This document shows, one piece after another, positions 58,786 to 64,000 of a stretch of DNA of 64,000 nt. The notes under the pieces were generated by a model. The model made no database searches. It worked only from the letters and a program-made list of their open reading frames with translations, and was not told where the DNA came from. The stretch covers positions 2,048,001 to 2,112,000 of the forward strand of contig OZ243956.1 of the NCBI GenBank assembly GCA_965214405.1, written 5' to 3'. The DNA comes from Trueperaceae bacterium (GTDB lineage Bacteria > Deinococcota > Deinococci > Deinococcales > Trueperaceae). Position numbers and translations under genes: made by a program. The first letter of the stretch is position 1. Each line of letters begins with the position of its first letter.

Positions 58786-59862
58786 ATGATGCCCCTTATC
58801 CACCTCACCGGAACACCTTTTGAGCAGGGCGTGCAGCACGGGCAACAGCTCAGGGAGGGAATCGCGCAAAACCTCGAGGTGTACATGAAGCGCTTCAAGG
58901 AGGAGGTGAAGCTCTCTCGAGACGAAGTCTTGCGCCGCGCGACCGCCTATGCGGAGGCTATTCAAGCTCAAAACGCCGATTACTACGAGACGATGCAGGG
59001 CGTCGCCCAAGGTTCTGGCTTCGGCCTCGCCGAAATTGCCGCGCTCAACGTCCGCTACGAAATTCTCTACTACGAGTTTGGCGTGGGAGGCGCGGCCAAC
59101 CTTCCCGACGGCTGCACCGCCTTTGCTTTGGCACCCTCAGCGACCGCCACCAAGCACCTGCTCATGGGTCAAAACTGGGACTGGATTCCGCAGGTGGCGG
59201 GGGCGGTGCTGCGTACAGACCATTCAAACGGCCCCGCCACCCTCGCCTTTACCGAAGCGGGCATCGTGGGCGGCAAAATCGGCCTGAACAGCGCGGGGCT
59301 GGGCCTCGCCATCAACGGCATGACGACCCTGGATGACGATTGGGAAACGCTGCGCAAACCTTTTCACGTGCGCTGCTACGAAATCCTGCGGCAGGAGAAT
59401 TTTGAGGCGACCAAGGGGGTGGTGACGGAGGAGGCTCGAGCCTGCACCGCAAACTTTATCCTCGCAGGAACGCCCGACCAGATAGTGGATTTAGAGGCTG
59501 CACCGGAGCGGGTGAACGCGCTTAGCGCTACCCAAGGCCTCCTCGTCCACGCCAACCACTTCGCCGACCCTGAGAGGATGCGCGAGGCCCCGAGCGAACG
59601 CCGCGAGTATTCGTGCCACCGCGAGGCGCGCCTGCACGCGCTCCTGAGCCCTGGGCAAGCCCTGAGCATCCCCCAAATCAAGGAGGCGCTGCGCGACCAC
59701 GACGGCCACCCCAACTCGGTCTGCCGCCACGAAGACCCCGACTACGGCCCGGAGGAGCATTACATCACCGTGACGTCAGTGCTGATGGATTTGGATACCA
59801 AGACGATGTGGCTGAGTGACGGTCCGCCTTGTGAAAATGCGTATGAGGAAGTTAGTCTTTAA
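58786..59862 (+). CDS. Peptidase C45 / acyl-CoA:6-APA acyltransferase-like Ntn hydrolase
   Basis: DGCT autocleavage site, GQNWDW, HANHF. Confidence 0.88.
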   Translation: MMPLIHLTGTPFEQGVQHGQQLREGIAQNLEVYMKRFKEEVKLSRDEVLRRATAYAEAIQAQNADYYETMQGVAQGSGFGLAEIAALNVRYEILYYEFGVGGAANLPDGCTAFALAPSATATKHLLMGQNWDWIPQVAGAVLRTDHSNGPATLAFTEAGIVGGKIGLNSAGLGLAINGMTTLDDDWETLRKPFHVRCYEILRQENFEATKGVVTEEARACTANFILAGTPDQIVDLEAAPERVNALSATQGLLVHANHFADPERMREAPSERREYSCHREARLHALLSPGQALSIPQIKEALRDHDGHPNSVCRHEDPDYGPEEHYITVTSVLMDLDTKTMWLSDGPPCENAYEEVSL

Positions 59863-59867
59863 GACCC

Positions 59868-60254
59868 TCAACTCGAGAGTGGGTGCAAGCTTATGTTAGC
59901 GACATCTTCAAAATCTCGAGCGTTAAATGTGACGAGCGTAATGTTGTGAATCAAGGCGGTTGCAGCGATGATGGCGTCAGGAACAAGAATGGGTTTATTT
60001 GATTCCTTACCGTGAAGGATAATCTCACCCGCTTTGTCAGCAACGGCAACGTCTACGTCGAAACTAACGAAGCGCGAGAGTAACTTTTTAGTGCTGGCCT
60101 GTTCATCTGGGTGAGCCCCCGCTTTAATCTCGAGCCTCGTTACGGTTGAGATACAGAGGCGGTTAGTTTTACCCAAAGCTCGCAGCAACTGCACCGTACT
60201 TTTTTGCCCCCGCAAATGGCGGATTAACAAACCCGTATCCAGTAAGTAACGCAA
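59868..60254 (-). CDS. vapC: PIN-domain VapC toxin
   Basis: YLLDT, PDAIIAATA, LVTFNARDF. Confidence 0.88.
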   Translation of the reverse strand: MRYLLDTGLLIRHLRGQKSTVQLLRALGKTNRLCISTVTRLEIKAGAHPDEQASTKKLLSRFVSFDVDVAVADKAGEIILHGKESNKPILVPDAIIAATALIHNITLVTFNARDFEDVANISLHPLSS

Positions 60255-60257
60255 AAG

Positions 60258-60509
60258 CTATCCCCAGCTTTGGCGGGACTCTTTAAGCCACTCGTTTATA
60301 CCTTCATCATCTCCCATGTCCGGGTGATGTTCCAAAGACCATGCGCCCGCGGTTTCCTCGAGGGCGGCTACTTGCTCAACGAGGGAAAGGTGCTCCTCGA
60401 TGGCCTCTTTTATGAAAAGGCTACGTTTACGGCTGGGTACGGTTTTATTTAGGCGCTCGAGCAGCCCCTTGGGTAGGGTGACGGTAACCTTTTGATGGTC
60501 TAAAGACAT
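60258..60509 (-). CDS. RHH-type antitoxin (VapB-like)
   Basis: KVTVTLP...RSLFIKEAI ribbon-helix-helix, immediately upstream of the PIN gene. Confidence 0.8.
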   Translation of the reverse strand: MSLDHQKVTVTLPKGLLERLNKTVPSRKRSLFIKEAIEEHLSLVEQVAALEETAGAWSLEHHPDMGDDEGINEWLKESRQSWG

Positions 60510-60552
60510 CTAGCTGGACCTCCTGTCAAACATCTAGTTTATTATAGGGTAC

Positions 60553-61682
60553 CTCAGTACACGACAGATTTGAAATAAAGGGCTCTCCAGTGAAGAATGG
60601 ATGTTGCGAGACACCACTTCAAGGGAGAGCATATGAAGCATACCGGGTTGCTGGCACAGTTGAAAGCGAGCGGCTTAAAGCTGCACCCGTCACGGCTTAA
60701 GTTCTTGAGCTTGTTGATGATCGCGATGGTGCAGGCAAAGACGGTGAACTTGGCGACGTTGGTAGGCATGATGGAGGGCAGAGCCCAGCCGGACTCGCTT
60801 TACAGACGGGCGCAACGGTTTTTCCAAGGCTTGCACTTGGCCGATGAGACAGTTTTCAGGTACGCGCTGAGTCTAGGTCCCAAGCGAAGCTACAGCCTGT
60901 GCCTAGACCGGACGAACTGGAAGTTTGGCAAACTCGACATCAACATCTTGACCCTGGCTTATGCGCATGAGGGCGTAGCGGTTCCCTTACTGTGGTGTCT
61001 TTTGCCCAAGGCTGGCAACTCCGCCACGCAAGAACGCATTACGCTTTTGGAGCGTTTGCTAAAACTTTTGCCCGTAGACCAGCTAGAGGTGCTGCTAGCC
61101 GATAGGGAGTTCATCGGGGGCGACTGGTTCGCTTATCTTGAGCGTAAGCACATCCCTTTCGTTATCCGCGTGCGTAAAGACGCTCTCGGTGATGGCTGGT
61201 TTCATCTGTTCGGCTTTTTCCAGCATCTACCTGTGGGTGAGCACAAGGTACTTAAACAGCGCTACACTGTCTTTGGTGTTGAGCTTGGGGTTGCAGGCGC
61301 GCGTTTAGAGGGTGGAGAATACATCATCGTCGTCACCAACCGCAATCCTAAGCAGGCCCTCGCAAGCTACGCGAAGCGCTGGCAGATAGAATGCTTGTTC
61401 AAAGCCTTGAAAAGCAGCGGCTTTGACTTTGAAGCTACGCATCTCAAGCACCTAGAGCGCATTAACACCTTACTTGTCGTTGTGACCCTGGCTTTCTTAT
61501 GGGCCTTGAAAGTCGGAGCATTTGTTCACCGTCAGCTCAAACCTGTTCGAATGAAGTCGCACGGGCGCAAGCAGAAGTCTTTATTCCGGGCAGGCTTAGA
61601 CCATCTCAGGCATCTGCTCACCAACTCGGCAACCAAAAAGCCTGACCTGGACCGCTGTTTTCGGCTTTTGTCGTGTACTTAG
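60553..61682 (+). mobile_element. IS4-family insertion sequence, copy 2
   Basis: Same terminal IRs and identical 361-aa transposase as copy 1. 9-bp TSD ATAGGGTAC at 60544-60552 and 61683-61691. Confidence 0.94.
60597..61682 (+). CDS. IS4-family DDE transposase
   Basis: Protein identical to 16369..17454. Confidence 0.93.
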   Translation: MDVARHHFKGEHMKHTGLLAQLKASGLKLHPSRLKFLSLLMIAMVQAKTVNLATLVGMMEGRAQPDSLYRRAQRFFQGLHLADETVFRYALSLGPKRSYSLCLDRTNWKFGKLDINILTLAYAHEGVAVPLLWCLLPKAGNSATQERITLLERLLKLLPVDQLEVLLADREFIGGDWFAYLERKHIPFVIRVRKDALGDGWFHLFGFFQHLPVGEHKVLKQRYTVFGVELGVAGARLEGGEYIIVVTNRNPKQALASYAKRWQIECLFKALKSSGFDFEATHLKHLERINTLLVVVTLAFLWALKVGAFVHRQLKPVRMKSHGRKQKSLFRAGLDHLRHLLTNSATKKPDLDRCFRLLSCT

Positions 61683-61722
61683 ATAGGGTACTACACTCCT
61701 GGAACCTTCTTTCGCCCTATAG

Positions 61723-61909
61723 CAGGGCTTACGCATGTGAGTCTAAAATGAGCTTCTGAGCTTTGCTCGTTAAGCTTCTTTGGTGACACAACATTGCCGA
61801 GAGAATAACAAGTTCCCCTTTCACTGCATAAAGTTCTATAACTTTTTGGCGGGAGACTTTCGGAACTCAGGTAATATGTGCCGTCTAAGTTCCACATGCG
61901 TAAGCCCTG
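61723..61909. mobile_element. MITE (187 bp, non-autonomous IS derivative)
   Basis: 17-bp perfect terminal IR CAGGGCTTACGCATGTG. Flanks TCGCCCTATAG / CCGCCCTATGG form a degenerate 11-bp TSD. Confidence 0.75.
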
Positions 61910-61927
61910 CCGCCCTATGGCAAGCGT

Positions 61928-63733
61928 CTACTCACCCACCAATCCCTCTAAGCGCTCCACCAACCCAGCCAGCACCTCAAACGTCGCCTCGACAGGCGCA
62001 GAACTCGAGAGGTCCACCCCCGCCACTTTAAGCGCGTCCAGCGGGTACAACGAACCCCCGGCTTTAAGAAACGTCAAGTAATTTCCCGCCGCGTCCGCTT
62101 TTCCGTCCAAAATCCCCTGCGCCAGCGCGTGCGCGCCCGAAATCCCGGTGGCGTACTGGAACACATAAAAGCGGCTGTAAAGGTGCGTGTGAAACTGCGC
62201 CCAGGTGATACCGACGCGCGCGCGGTCCATCGTCACTTCGTCACCATAGCCCTCGGCAAAAAGGTCGGCCATGAGGGTGTTGAGGCCGTCGGCGCTTAGA
62301 GCTTCACCCCTTGCCACCCGCTCGTGAATCTCCAGCTCAAAACGCGCAAGCGTCGGCATCACGAAGAAGTAGCGGTAAAAATTCGCCATCGCCTCTTCGA
62401 TGAGCGCAATCTGAAAGTCTCGGTCAGAGTTTTTATCAAAGAGGTAAGCGCGGAGCATCGCCTGGTTGAAGTTCGAGGCGACCTCGGCGACGAAGAGGCT
62501 GTAGGAGCTGTAGATGGGCGGCTGCGTCCTCCAGCTTAGGTACGAGTGCAGCGAGTGGCCGAACTCGTGGGCCAGCGTGCTCATGCCCGCGACGTCGTCA
62601 GTATAGCTCATCATGATGAAGGGGTGGGTGCCTTGAACGCCGCTCGAGAACGCCCCCATCCGCTTGCCCCGATTTAGCGCGCGGTCCACCCAGCGCTCCT
62701 CGAGCGCTCCCCGCCGCAACGCTTCGGTGTACTCATCCCCGAGAGGCGCTAACGCTTCGGTAAGCCAATCGACCGATTGTTCATAAGGAATCTCGGGAGA
62801 ATTTTTCGTGAGGGGCGCGAAGGTATCAAACGGGTGGAGCGTATCGACGCCCAGCATCTTCCGCCGCGCGCGCCAGTAGCGGTGCCAGGTGGGCAGGTTG
62901 GCCTTGAAGGTGTCCAGCAGGGTGTAGAACACGGACGTCGGGATGTTTTCGGGTGAGAGCGAGGCTTCTAAAACTGAGTCGTAGGCGCGGGCCTGGGCCA
63001 CCAGCGTATTCTGCTTCACGCCTGCGGAGAGAGAAGTCGCCATCGTGTTCTTGAAGGTTAAATGCGCGTCGGCATAGTTTTCATAGGCGCTCTTGCGAAG
63101 CGCGCGGTCGGGGGAGCCGAGAAGCTTGCGGATGTTGCCCTGGGTGATTTCGACCGTTTCACCGTCCGCGCCCTCGGCGGGCGTAAAGGGGAGGTCGGTG
63201 TTGGCGAGCACGCCGTGGACCGAGGCGGCGGTGCCGAAGGGGTCGGCGAGCGCGCCCAAAAGTTCTTCGACCTCGGCGGAGCGCAGGTGGGGGGCCTTAT
63301 GCTCGAGCCTCTCCAAATAATGCCCGTACACCGTGAGCCTCGAGTCCCGTACGAGCCAACTCCGCAGGGTGTCAAAGCCGATAGCGACGAGTTCGGGTTC
63401 GGCAAAGGCGGTGGCGGCACCCAGCCGCGCGCCTAAGCCGCGGACCCGGTCATAGCGCGCGGCGGCCTCCTCATCGTTCGTGTCTACGCTGTAGGCCATG
63501 CCCGCGTAGACAGCGAGTTTGTAGTACACCCTGTAAAGGGCGCTGCGGAACTCGAGCCAGTCCGCCAGCCTCTCAGAGCCTTGGGAGAGCGTGCCTTTAT
63601 ATGACTGGACCCCCTCGAGCCGCCCTCCCATCGCCTCAAAGGCTTCGTCCCAGGCGGCGGGGGTGGGGAAGACGCTCGAGTCGTTCCAGCGTTCTTCCGC
63701 CGGTACATCTTTACGGTCTAAAACGCCCGCCAT
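61928..63733 (-). CDS. pepF: Oligoendopeptidase F (M3B)
   Basis: [27 protein letters not shown]. Confidence 0.93.
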   Translation of the reverse strand: MAGVLDRKDVPAEERWNDSSVFPTPAAWDEAFEAMGGRLEGVQSYKGTLSQGSERLADWLEFRSALYRVYYKLAVYAGMAYSVDTNDEEAAARYDRVRGLGARLGAATAFAEPELVAIGFDTLRSWLVRDSRLTVYGHYLERLEHKAPHLRSAEVEELLGALADPFGTAASVHGVLANTDLPFTPAEGADGETVEITQGNIRKLLGSPDRALRKSAYENYADAHLTFKNTMATSLSAGVKQNTLVAQARAYDSVLEASLSPENIPTSVFYTLLDTFKANLPTWHRYWRARRKMLGVDTLHPFDTFAPLTKNSPEIPYEQSVDWLTEALAPLGDEYTEALRRGALEERWVDRALNRGKRMGAFSSGVQGTHPFIMMSYTDDVAGMSTLAHEFGHSLHSYLSWRTQPPIYSSYSLFVAEVASNFNQAMLRAYLFDKNSDRDFQIALIEEAMANFYRYFFVMPTLARFELEIHERVARGEALSADGLNTLMADLFAEGYGDEVTMDRARVGITWAQFHTHLYSRFYVFQYATGISGAHALAQGILDGKADAAGNYLTFLKAGGSLYPLDALKVAGVDLSSSAPVEATFEVLAGLVERLEGLVGE

Positions 63734-64000
63734 CAGTCCGCCGCCGAGTTTGCCGCCAAGGGCGCAGGCTCCGCGCCCAGGTTGCGCCTTAACAGCGCGT
63801 TCATATCGGGGTCGCGGCCCATAAACTCGCGGTAGAGCGCGTCGGGGTCTTCGGCGTCGCCGCGCGAGAGGATGGCGTCTACGTAGTCGCGGCCCGTCTC
63901 GCGGTTAAAGATGCCCTCGCGCTGAAAGCGCGTGAACGCGTCCGCGTCCAAAACTTCGGACCACTTATAGGAGTAGTAGCCCGCCGCGTAGCCGCCCGCG
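63733..64000 (-). CDS. prlC: Oligopeptidase A / M3A peptidase, C-terminal part (continues beyond the window)
   Basis: [20 protein letters not shown]...FMGRDP. Confidence 0.85.
   Translation of the reverse strand, partial: AGGYAAGYYSYKWSEVLDADAFTRFQREGIFNRETGRDYVDAILSRGDAEDPDALYREFMGRDPDMNALLRRNLGAEPAPLAANSAAD

Overview
GC-rich bacterial chromosome segment, most consistent with Deinococcota (Trueperaceae-like). That assignment is an inference from TANNNT boxes directly ahead of start codons, a degenerate trigger factor, a T-box-controlled ileS and strong CTCGAG enrichment. The backbone carries housekeeping and metabolic genes (araB, miaB, tig-clpP-clpX, iscR-iscS, rho, ileS, ispDE, ubiX, a GH42 beta-galactosidase, mmsA, pepF, prlC) and five tRNAs. 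The main accessory feature is a 17.7-kb integrative element (11289-29028) inserted in tRNA-Arg(TCT), bounded by a 46-bp att duplication. It encodes a tyrosine integrase, a repressor switch, an Xis-like protein, a doubly frameshifted primase-helicase and an Hjc-like nuclease. It also encodes a Type I R-M system whose hsdM is split by an IS4-family element and whose HsdS has a single target-recognition domain fused to a DarG-C-terminal/Panacea-like domain. The most striking unexplained signal is a run of five tightly packed small ORFs (22216-23322) with otherwise unrelated sequences that all begin M[SR]LxxRLxxLE, preceded by a gene carrying RLEALE near its C-terminus and followed by a repeat-rich non-coding block. 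Also seen: a second copy of the IS at the vapBC promoter, a MITE, a candidate 6S-like RNA and a decayed PemK-type toxin-antitoxin pair. All product calls are from motif recognition by eye; no database searches were run.
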